This document shows positions 47,791 to 58,017 of a DNA stretch of 64,000 nucleotides, one piece after another (the first letter of the stretch is position 1; each line of letters opens with the position of its first letter). This DNA is from Hyphochytrium catenoides (taxonomy: Eukaryota > Protista > Hyphochytriomycota), in the NCBI GenBank assembly GCA_900088475.1, contig FLMG01000823.1, positions 1 through 64,000 on the forward strand, given 5' to 3'. Below the pieces are notes generated by a model that ran no database searches, had not been told where the DNA came from, and worked only from the letters and a program-made list of their open reading frames with translations. Position numbers and translations under genes: made by a program.

Positions 47791-47960
47791 TAGCCATCTC
47801 ACTCTAAAGGCTAAGGGAAGTGGCGGAAAGCAGACGGAACGAACGCAATCGTAACTCTAAAGTAACATGTGCCAAGGCACATTGAAGGGCCCGGAGTATG
47901 TTCTCTAAGAAATCATCAACAAAGCTTAATTCACCTAGTAACACCTGTAGTGACTCCCTC

Positions 47961-49556
47961 CTACCGGATTGCTTCCCTTACCTGGAAGATACTCTTCACC
48001 TGCTCATCTTCTCTCGGTAGCGGATCCGTCATTAGGGGCCTTACTTGCGGGCTTCCTTTCGCAAGTTGGGGCAGCCCATTTAGGGTTTTTATGGCTGAAG
48101 CCACGGCCCCTGCCTCCTTGTTAAAGTGGCCGCAAGCGTTAAGCAACTCCTTCCTTATAACCTTAGCTATAAATCGGAGCAATGACAAATCAGATAGGAA
48201 GAACGAACGACATGCTGCTGCAGTACCTTGCTCAGGATCAAGTCTGCTTCGAGGAACGACATCAATAAGCGCTGCATCTACATTGGCCAAAAGCGCCGCT
48301 AGCCGCTCATCCTCTCCTTCGTCTAACAAAATTTGAGTAGGTTATGTTTAGAAAGAAGACACAGAAGCAGCAGAGAAAGACTACCATCTGGCCTCATTTG
48401 GCATACCTTCTCCTTCCTTATGCCCTCCGACGTCCTCCTGATACTGCATATGCTTCTCTACCTCCAGCCATCGTCTAACCAGATCACTGTCCGAGATCTC
48501 CGGGTCCTGAAGAATGTTGACTGCAAAGAAGATGCGCAATTATCTCAGACTTTTGGCCACTCCAGACCCATGTCTCAGCGAAGATCACCTAAATAGAGCT
48601 GCAGCTTTGATCTCCTCTTCTCTAAGAAATCCCGTTCAAACCTGAAGACGAAGATGAGAACGTTTATCCAAGCTGAAGGTTAGGATAGGTAGGTCCTGCC
48701 GCTAGGGACTAGCATCACATCAATCAGGGGATGTAAAAGTAACTCGCACGACAGAATCTGCGGGACGGGACGACGAGTCACGTTGCATTCAAGCGCAGGT
48801 GATCGTTTCGTCCACGAGCAAGACCTCAGTGACGTCCTTCTCTTCAAGTTCCTCACTAGCACAACTGAAGAGCCTCAGGAGACCGGCAGGCTCGAAAGCC
48901 CCAAGCAGAAGGAGATGTTCAAGCCAGAAGATCTTCATCGACCAAAGGTGGCCATCAGAGCAGGCAATTGGGCTATTCATATACATCTCACTTCGCCTGC
49001 GCGGCCAGCCAAGGGAGAAGATAAGAGGAGGAAGAGTGAAATAGATAATAGAGAGCTAGAGTAAGGACAAGGGCAGAATAACGGCTGGCCGACGGCACTG
49101 TCTCTGACTGAGTCTATCAAGAGGTGCAGGGTACTCTTCAGATAAGATCAAGCGATTTGGTAATCATCGGTCTAGCATCTTTAGAAATCGAATGGGTGAC
49201 TTTGCCGTGCTCGGTTTGCCGGGCAGGTGAATCCTCTCACCGCCAACTCCACTAGTACGGAGGCGGCAAGAAGGGGTAGAAGGGGCTTAAGCGATAGGTC
49301 TCTGTTACCTGCCAAACCATTGCTTTTCAGGCAGTGTTGCCTGAACGCGGAATCTGCTAGTAAGTTGAGCGTGGAGCTGATCAAAGTCGCTAAAGCGGCG
49401 GAGGATGACCCATTCCACACCACGAAAAGTCACCTGCAGCTCTCCAGAGTCAGCTCCAGTTCTACGCGGCACCTTGGCCCTTAGCCTCACCTGGATTTGG
49501 TACTCTGTGTGTCCACTAAGATTCTCAAAGCCGAGCACCCTGGCTGTTATGTCCAT
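47961..49556 (-). CDS. Small PX-domain protein, multi-exon
   Basis: Spliced product reads MDITARV..HTEYQIQV-TFRGVEWVILRRFSDFDQLHAQL..LPEKQWFG-RFERDFLEKRRSKLQLYL..ISDSDLVRRWL, giving the canonical PX motifs RR(F/Y)SDF, LPxK and FLExRR. Confidence 0.85.
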
Positions 49557-50477
49557 TCTGCTGTCTGACGATACCGCTCTTCCCCAGACTTGGAGGTAAG
49601 ACTCGTCTCTAGTCCGCGGTAGAAGGTCGATACTTACAAGGCTTCAAAGCTAGGACTATTATGGCCGTGTCCAGCGCATTGTTGCGTCCCGGCTATCGCT
49701 CAGGCAGAGATACTTCTCCTGCGCTGGTCTACGTATCTTACAGGGTAGTGTCTATTCCATATCTTATAAGCCTCCGCACCAGAGCTCTGTTCATCAAACC
49801 TTGCCCTTCTGCGGCGTGTAGCTACCGATCTCAGTGACAGCCGGCGACCTTTGCCTCTCCTTCTCAGCTTGATCCCTTTCATCGACTGCCCTGGACGAGC
49901 TCTCACGAATCTCAGTCTGGTCTTCAGATCTCAAGCAGGAGAAAGGCACACCCATCATACAGTGTAGGATCTAATACAGACGCTTAGTAACTATAGAGAG
50001 ATTCTCAGTTTAGTTACTATTGAGAAGGTAATGGACTGATATTGCTGAGTGTTCCCCTTGACATCAGCACTCAATGCCCTTCCTTCTTATCACCAAGCTC
50101 ATCACACTCGAAGAAAAGTTGAGATGTTGTTGACAGGCGATGACTAGGAATTAAATAATTCTCAATGATCGCTGTCTCAGAAAGAATTCAAGCTTCTGAT
50201 AATCATGGCTCAGTGGGAGGTCCTGGTCACCACGATCCAAACTACCTTGATTCATTTGATGATCGAAGCTGCGACATCGTCACTTCCCCCTTGCCTTTCT
50301 GTCTTGGTTCTTCTCTGTCTCTCGCCATCACGCTCCCCTCCTCGCCTCCCTCCCCAAAATGAGCTAGAGTGCCTTCCCTTTGCTTTTTTGGTCATCCTCA
50401 CGCTTCAACGATAAGGAGGGATATAATACGGAAGTCTCAGAATCTTTATCGCTAAGCTTGCACCATTCTGGTGAAAG

Positions 50478-51221
50478 ATGGCGGAGCCGGACTATACTAT
50501 GCTTGATCGTACTCTTTCCGAAAGGGAGATTGTTATCGTTAACCTGGGCGAGACTCGGTGGACAATACCATCCATGACTAGGATTCCCAACTTTGTTCAC
50601 TTCCTAACCCATGGACCTTTAAGAAATGGCGAGATGCGTGTCTCACTGCCAAGAGCTGTGTTTGAGAACTCCTGTTCTTGGATTCACTATAGCGTGTATG
50701 AAAGTTCGCGGTATTGCGATGCCATTATAAGGCAACTGTTGACGAACTATGGATTCCCCACTACAAGGAGTTCAAAGCGGTTACGCATTATGGTGAAGGG
50801 ACTTCAGACAGTGCGATCTGTCATTCAAGAAAAGGAGAGAACCGTATTGGACAATCTGCGTCGAAAGGTCGACAATGAAGCAGTAGACATAAGGCTGCAA
50901 GTATACTGTAAGGTTTGGGAAGACGATTGGCAATATCATCAGCAACGACTCAGGCAAATTGACTTCTGGACGACAGATTATGACCTTGAGGCGACAGAAA
51001 GTGGTCTTCAAGATTATATTGAGAATGCAATTTCTGAGTCACGGAAAGGAGGAACAGAGGAGTCTGACAGCAAAGGAGATCCATTCCTGATGTGGGGCAC
51101 GGTAGCGTCTACGGAAAAACATCATCTCAGGGACGCCAAGTCACAGATATGGAATGCTATTGCGTCGGAAGTAACGAAACTTGAGACATTATTACGGGAA
51201 GACAGTTCGTCAAAGCAATAG
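50478..51221 (+). CDS. Intronless hypothetical protein, 247 aa
   Basis: Open ORF with ATG and protein-like composition; no motif recognised. Confidence 0.5.
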   Translation: MAEPDYTMLDRTLSEREIVIVNLGETRWTIPSMTRIPNFVHFLTHGPLRNGEMRVSLPRAVFENSCSWIHYSVYESSRYCDAIIRQLLTNYGFPTTRSSKRLRIMVKGLQTVRSVIQEKERTVLDNLRRKVDNEAVDIRLQVYCKVWEDDWQYHQQRLRQIDFWTTDYDLEATESGLQDYIENAISESRKGGTEESDSKGDPFLMWGTVASTEKHHLRDAKSQIWNAIASEVTKLETLLREDSSSKQ

Positions 51222-51329
51222 GATGGATTCACAAACAATATGTAGGAATGGTGGCACTCTTGTTGACACGGTAGAAGATGTCGTTAAAGCCCTTTCCTCA
51301 AGACCGCAGCCCACACATTGGCCTCGAGC

Positions 51330-52700
51330 TCAACCTTGGCAAGTGGGACCTCTGGCTGGCCCAAGTAAAAAATTGGAAGGTCTCCCAGTTTCCCTGCAAC
51401 GGCGCTCGCTTAGCGGGTGCCCATTGGTTCTGTCCTCTTTGGGGGGTCTCTGATATTGCTTCTTATGGGTCCTGTCCGGGAAGTAGACATGAGGCTTCGT
51501 CTTGCTGGGTCCTCCCTTCAGACTCAGCTTTGCCTCTTCGGAGGTTGTTCAGCTTATTATGCCAAGGTTAGCTGATCATGCCAAGGTCAACCACCTCCTT
51601 CGGGGTGGTTGTCTTCCATCTCATCTGACCTCCCTCTGCGCTCAGTTTGACTTCGCTAACGTGGGCTTTCGTTCGGCTATTGGGTCTGCCTTCCCTCACG
51701 GATCTGGTAAGGCGACAGGCTATACCTTACCCATCCGCTTCGGTGGCCTTGGTCTCACATGGCCTTCTTCTCTCGCCATTCCTGCGTCTCTTGTTTCTGT
51801 TGGTGCCTCACCACTCTGATTGCGCAGCTACTGCGTATGGCGGACGTCAAGGCTTACTCACCTCCGTTGCCCCGTTGAGGTGGACGATGTCTTCCTGAAC
51901 GCCAATGATGTCCACGAGAGCACCATTTGCAACGGTATCTGCTACATTTGTTTAGTTGACGTCTGCCAAACAAGGCCCTCCCGTCTCATGATGATGGACT
52001 TGCGAAAAATAGAACTCTTGTGCGGGCTACTACTTCTCCCCAACACGCGGAATCTCTCCTCCGGGCTGCCCCTATTCCCTGGCTGCAATGAGGTCGCCTT
52101 TCAAATTTGTGTGATATGTGGCGATGTTTTAGGTATTCTCTTGTCTGTGCTTCTGTTTTCTGTCAGTCCTGTTCTTTGCGAATGGATGCCTTCGGTTACT
52201 ATGGTTAAGGCTGTCGCTGTTTGTGTAGGTGGAGCTAACCAGCATCATCATGCGTTCAAGACATCCCGTCCATTCTTTTCGACCCTGGTCTCTAAACCAC
52301 TCGGGAAGCTCGTCAACTGCTTCCAGGCTTCAATAGATATATTAAGTCGTGGGGCGTTCAACTAGTTCAGCACACGGCTTGTGCTGTGCTCATCACAACC
52401 TTGCTGCACCTCACAAACCTTTCCTAAGCAGCAGTTCATGCCGAATATCAGGGTCAGTTTTCTGTTCAAGTTGTAAGAGGAGGCTCGCTGTAAAGGTGTA
52501 GGGCTGCAGGTTATCCAGGGCGTCTGCGACGTTTTTGGAGGAACTATGGCTCGCGTCCTGATTGTGGGTAGTGGCTTGTGAAGCTTCTTCAATGTGGGGG
52601 CTCGCTCTTCTACTTGATACTTTTCATCAGCATTAACGTGGGCAAGGGTCTCGATTGGAGATGGCTTTAACTCTTCGTTCTAGAGCTCTGGCGTCAATTC
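51330..52700 (+). mobile_element. Decayed non-LTR retrotransposon fragment (RT C-terminus, zinc knuckle, restriction-like endonuclease; CRE/R2-like)
   Basis: Frameshifted remnants: KVNHLLRG, TLPIRFGGLGL..LAIPA (51720-51790), MDAFGYYG*GC (~52183), K.*EEARCKGVGLQ...DVFGG (~52468-52545), *RGQG. Many stops and frameshifts. Confidence 0.65.
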
Positions 52701-53932
52701 CTATCTTTGGTGGTATGTGGTTCCTACCTTTCTCTCACGCTACATGTAACAAAGTCGTGCTCTTTCTTGACTGACAGTTTGCTTTTACGTCGGCACTTGC
52801 ACGGCCAGGAGAAGCTCTCTCCTTACAGGCAGGGCAGAGAATCGAAGGAAATCGAGTGAACGTGCCTTCTTCTCCCTTCTCTCTTGCTGACTTCTTTAAC
52901 CTACGAGGATGCACAGCTGTGCAAGTACTAAGTAACGAAACCACATATCACTTCACAAAATGCTGTCCATAAAACGGTACTTGTACTTGTAAAACGGTAT
53001 CAAACGTTGCCTGTACAGTACTTATGGACGATCGTTAGCTGTAGTTCTAAGTAAAGTAGTTTCTATGGTTTGCAACAATGTCCGGAGTGATGCTCTCATT
53101 CAAGTACATAAGTCCTACTTGTAGTAGGCGCAAGTCCTGCCGCGGGTCGGTCCGTTACAAGGCATCACCGTTATAATAAAACCCTAACGTTTGTTTAGAA
53201 GGTTCTCGCAGCTGCCTCGCATTCTCCTTCGCACCTACTCAACGATCCACCAGCACCATCATATAAGGGTACTGGCTGCGCCCCTGTCACACAGACTATA
53301 CTTCTTCTCTTCTCCTGAAGCAGGCTGCTCCCTCTGAGCAGTTCAGGCAAGAGGGGTAGGGCGTATGCTATGTCGAAGGGAAGAGAAGGACGAAGGGCCG
53401 CTCCTTGTTATTGATTTCGTCCGCCATTTCCTGTTGCTTGCAACACTTTTGCAACCTGGTTTGGGAAGACTAGGGGTTAATGATGATGTGCTTCTGACAA
53501 GTGGCAGTCGACACTTCGTGCACCCTACCGCGTGTCCTGCGGTGCAGGCGTCATCCCCCGCCCACTTGCCTTGGTTTATGCGAAAGGTTCTGTCCTCCAA
53601 AAAGGAACTACTACTGCTTATGATGGTGCTACCACTAGTCACAAACATGCAGCAGTGACATAGTCGTCTCCGCTCCGTGAAATGCAGTAGCGAAGGGAGA
53701 AAACGCTTTGTAACGCAAGGAAAAGGAGCCTCTTGCATCAGACAAAGGAGTGAACCGTCGCCACCACTAGTAGCACTCAGTACCGCGCGGCGGCTCTCCC
53801 GTTCTCTTGCTCCCTTAGTCCTGACTTTCCTCTCATACCCTGCTACCAAGGGCCCGTGAGTCAAGGGTCAATTACCTCAACCTCTACGGCAAGGCGAGGT
53901 TTGGTTCAAAATCAGTACTAGGGGCCACGGGA

Positions 53933-56314
53933 ATGAGAGAAACGGCAGAGGAAGGTCTTAAGCCCCCTGGCAAAGCTGGAGCAATGAGAAGGTTACCTAG
54001 CCTCGCCAGTACGTCTTCACTATCTGCTGGCAGCGAGACATCTTCTACTCTATCTTCTTGTTCTTCTTGCAGTCCTCCCAGCCAACAAGCTTCTTCCTCT
54101 TCGTTATCAGCATTCCTTTTGTTCCTTAAAGACGTATTCCTCCTCTTTTTCTTAAGCTTTGTGATCAGTGGGTGCCTCTTAGGGCTGTACATTATCCTCT
54201 GCATTCTGTTGCCGTCTCCTGTCAACCAGGAGTGGTGCCACAGCCGCTGCCTCTCCCTTACTGGCGAGCCAGATTGTCCAACGCAACCACCCTGGAAGAC
54301 TTCTTGCGGTCTCTCAAGCAGTGTCGGCCACTTTCTCTTCGTTCTACTGATCCTTCACCCTGGAGTATATTTGACGTGTTCCTTCGCCTACAAGGAGACT
54401 TATCGGAATCGCAGTGCAAGGCCTGGGGCGATAGAGCGAATGACTTGGATGACTCTCCTGGTCACTATGATTAGCAGCGCACTTTACGTAGTCCAAGTGC
54501 TGGTCGTAAGGAGGGTTGCCTTTTATCCTGGCCAGATTGGGTTTGTTGCCTTGTTGTTGATCCTCCATTCCGACAGGTCTGCAGGCCAATGGAGTTGGTC
54601 CCGGTATATCTTAGAAATAGGGGCGCAAGTGATCCCTTCTCTGGCAGTTATTGGCTCTCTAAACTTCCTGTTCCCTCTTCTTCTTCAGCGTCTGTCCATC
54701 TCAAGACGCCAGCTTATTGTCGGCTACGCTCTTCCTGCCGGTTTCTTCCTCTTGTCGGCGGCGACAAAGCAATGCGTGGTTAAACTCAAAGAGAAGAACA
54801 GCATGAGCTTATCCACAGTCCCTTTGGCAGACCCAGGGCTCGACGATTCTAGCGTCTCGTTTTCCCACTCTTCCCACTCTCAGGATGGCACTCGGACGAA
54901 AAAGACAGTGAGAAAGATCATTCCTGTCATCAGCAACAATAGTACAGAAGTAGCTAAGATAAGCGATCAACCAGTGTGGGCAGCGTGTCGATTAGAGGAA
55001 TTTCAAGAGCGAAAGCGGTTGGCTAACAAGACGCTAAAACCTACAAGGCTCCCGTTGCTAGACATGGAAGGTACGAAGATGGTGACAGAAGAGGAGATTA
55101 GACATCAGAACAACACTGAGAAAGACAAAGCTGGGAAAGTATCGCTTCCAGCCCTGGCAGAGTTGTCCCATGATGGAAGTGAGGTAGAGATGAGTGGACA
55201 GAATCAACCTGAGGCAGGAAAGCCATCGCCAACAAGTGAGGAGCTCGCGGCCAGTAAGAAGAAGATCATTCTAAATAAGACATCAACGGAGACCCAATGC
55301 AGTAGCGGCGAGTGTACGGAGTTGCCCTCTAAAGGACCGCTCTCTAAGAGTGTAAGAGTTGATCCCCTTCTCTTCATGCTGTACTTGACGCTTCAGTCCA
55401 TACAAGCCTGTGCCAGCATCAGCAACACACCAGAGACTAACGCGGCCTTAGTTCTCCTAGCCACCTCCACCGGCTCCTCTTGCCTCACTTTCATCTCTCT
55501 TATAGCACTGAGAGTATTTCGAACGCGGTTCATTGTCAACCTCCAGGGGAACATCCAGCGGAGGAAGGCAAGAGACACAGGCAAAGAACGCGCAGGGGAA
55601 GAGCAACAGGAGGAACCTGCTGCGGTTCGAGACCAAGTCAGCCCCGCCGGCAGACCTCTAACCATCTCAAAGCAAGCTTCCCAGGATCCTACGGCCTCAA
55701 GGAAAAGGGAAGTGGGGTCAAAGGAGGGCAAGAGTATAGTAGGCTTCTTGTTCCTTAGAAGCTCCCGTGGGCTCCGGCCGGTTAGGATGAGCATCCTGCT
55801 GCTTTCTCTGCGGGATGCGATATCTCCCCACTACGAACCCTCTGACCACTGTCACAGCCACGAAATCAAGGAGAAACTTTCGTCCTTGCGCAGAATGGCA
55901 ATGAACATGACATTGGGGACTGTCTGCTCCGTTGCCATCCTCATCGTTATACTTCTCTGCAGGAACTTCGTTAGTAGTAGGCTGCTCACCCTTGATACCT
56001 GCGCAAACCAACTTGGGGAAGCAAGAGGCAGAGAAAGCGGGGACTCCATGCTGCACGCACAGACGTCTCAAGATAATCTTTGGCTCTCCATGCATCCTCA
56101 AATGGAGTACGGTCTCTACATCCTGGTGGTCCTGGGCCTACTGTTTGGGTTTGTCGGTGTGTTGGAGCTGATGGACATGCAGTTTCTACGAATCTGGAGA
56201 AGAGAGAGGAGAGAACATCTTAAGAATGCGCTGCTCCTTCAGACGTTTATGTGCCCCTTCTTGACCACTGGGCTGCTGTTCGCTGTACTCACAGGGAGCT
56301 CAGACGCGTGCTAG
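53933..56314 (+). CDS. Intronless multi-pass membrane protein (~10-11 hydrophobic segments), paralog A
   Basis: 793-aa ORF with hydrophobic blocks separated by two long charged loops; clearly homologous to 58018..60429. Confidence 0.85.
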   Translation: MRETAEEGLKPPGKAGAMRRLPSLASTSSLSAGSETSSTLSSCSSCSPPSQQASSSSLSAFLLFLKDVFLLFFLSFVISGCLLGLYIILCILLPSPVNQEWCHSRCLSLTGEPDCPTQPPWKTSCGLSSSVGHFLFVLLILHPGVYLTCSFAYKETYRNRSARPGAIERMTWMTLLVTMISSALYVVQVLVVRRVAFYPGQIGFVALLLILHSDRSAGQWSWSRYILEIGAQVIPSLAVIGSLNFLFPLLLQRLSISRRQLIVGYALPAGFFLLSAATKQCVVKLKEKNSMSLSTVPLADPGLDDSSVSFSHSSHSQDGTRTKKTVRKIIPVISNNSTEVAKISDQPVWAACRLEEFQERKRLANKTLKPTRLPLLDMEGTKMVTEEEIRHQNNTEKDKAGKVSLPALAELSHDGSEVEMSGQNQPEAGKPSPTSEELAASKKKIILNKTSTETQCSSGECTELPSKGPLSKSVRVDPLLFMLYLTLQSIQACASISNTPETNAALVLLATSTGSSCLTFISLIALRVFRTRFIVNLQGNIQRRKARDTGKERAGEEQQEEPAAVRDQVSPAGRPLTISKQASQDPTASRKREVGSKEGKSIVGFLFLRSSRGLRPVRMSILLLSLRDAISPHYEPSDHCHSHEIKEKLSSLRRMAMNMTLGTVCSVAILIVILLCRNFVSSRLLTLDTCANQLGEARGRESGDSMLHAQTSQDNLWLSMHPQMEYGLYILVVLGLLFGFVGVLELMDMQFLRIWRRERREHLKNALLLQTFMCPFLTTGLLFAVLTGSSDAC

Positions 56315-58017
56315 TATAAATATTCATCTGCTGCTCCTCCTTGCCGCTGACGACAGTCGGTCTAATCCTTTGATTATTCTCCTTAATCAACGGCTGGCCA
56401 TATTCGAATAAGTGGACGACTCTTCTTGCGTGTTCTACGAGTCATCACACTATATATCTGGCTAGCATTCTAAATCCTCAAGACATTCTTTATTCCGTGA
56501 GTTCTACCACCTGCTTCTTGTTGGGAGAGAAGAGGCCGCCGGGTGAGGATGTCCGAAGCGATGTTATAAGTATAAGCGTGACTTAGCTAGGAACATCGCT
56601 TGGCGCTACCTACTTTGTCTCTCCGCTAATGCTATTCTTCGAAGCACTGTCATGTTGTCTGCCGGCCTTCTTCTGTGAGAGAACAGAAGAGAAGAAAGGA
56701 AGTAGGTGACCATCAGCTTTCAGCCTCCCTCACGTGGGCCAGATCTGTGCCTATGGGAGGCTGCTTTGTACTGGCAAGTCCCTTCTTCCTCCCTCTCAGA
56801 GGAAGGAGATTCTACTACTACTCGGTAGTAGCAAAGATGTAGATCTGCCTGTTGTCTCCTTCTTCAAGCGCACCAGAAGATAGGAGAAAAGAAGCGACGA
56901 AGGATCAACAGACTCTCTTCTCCTTGCTCCGTCTGCTATGATGATAAGGAAGCCGCGGATCAGAGATCTCCGTCCTCTAAAGTGAGCTCTACTTGTGGGC
57001 ACTCGTACACCAGGGGGATGTCTGAGATGATAGCCTAATAAAGTGATGGGGTAGTGGGGGGAACGTTTGTCGTCCGTTACGTGGAGACGACGGATGGGTT
57101 CATTGAGACAGAATGAGTGCACTCATTTGACTTCCGCTGACTGCTCTGCGGGCTCCTCCTCCCCTGCTTACTTGCTTTGCCATCTGCCTGCTGAGCCTTG
57201 CTGCTACCTAGGGCTTATCAAGGGCTTCCTTATCTTAACTACTCGCATCTTTGACAAGGAGTGCCTCTTGCCGTTGCCTTCCATTTCTTGAGCTGGCCGA
57301 TGAGGGAACAGTCCGTCTTGCTGGTCTACCATTGTCTCTGTTTCAGTCCCAACATGAGGAGGTGGTCTTAAGCTAGACAGGGGTAGAGGATGAGAGTCGT
57401 AGAGACTATCAGAAGATGAGAGTGGAAGAGACGAAGGAAGCTAGTCTTGTGCCGATCAACACTTTGCGCTTTCAGGGGCGGTAAGCACCCTCCTCTATCC
57501 TTTTCCTCTTTGGCCTACCACCAATTACGAGCTCTCCTGGAACATTTACAGCGGGGTGGTGCAGGTCGATATCGCCTCTAAACGGAGGGAAACTTGTGGT
57601 TCGTTCACATCGTGCTCAACCACCACCACAACAAGACATTCTGCTTGGTTTGTTATGATGAGAGCCACCATAACCGGCGCATGTCAGCAAGGTGACTGAG
57701 TGAACAGTCTTCCCAAGAACTGCGGTCCTTCTTTCTCGCCTCTTTCTTAGCCGCTAGTAAGGAAGGGCATAACGAGAGAAGCGGAGCTGCAACCACGCCA
57801 AAAAGCTAGGGACTCATTCAGGTCCATGGCATATCGTTTGTCCCTCTGGAAGTATTCCTGCGACCAGAGAACGAAGTAGCACGGTTCATAGTGATTTGCA
57901 ATGACAGCCTTCTCAGCAGTCTTATACTTTGAACCCTTTGGTCCAGCTCGTTCTTTGAGCCAGTACGGGTTTGACGAGAATCAGCGGCGACGAAACGTTT
58001 GACGGTCTTCTGGAATA

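Noticed and set aside
53179-53187. Telo-box-like AAACCCTAA
   Set aside because: A single 9-mer, expected by chance at a non-trivial rate; not a telomeric array.
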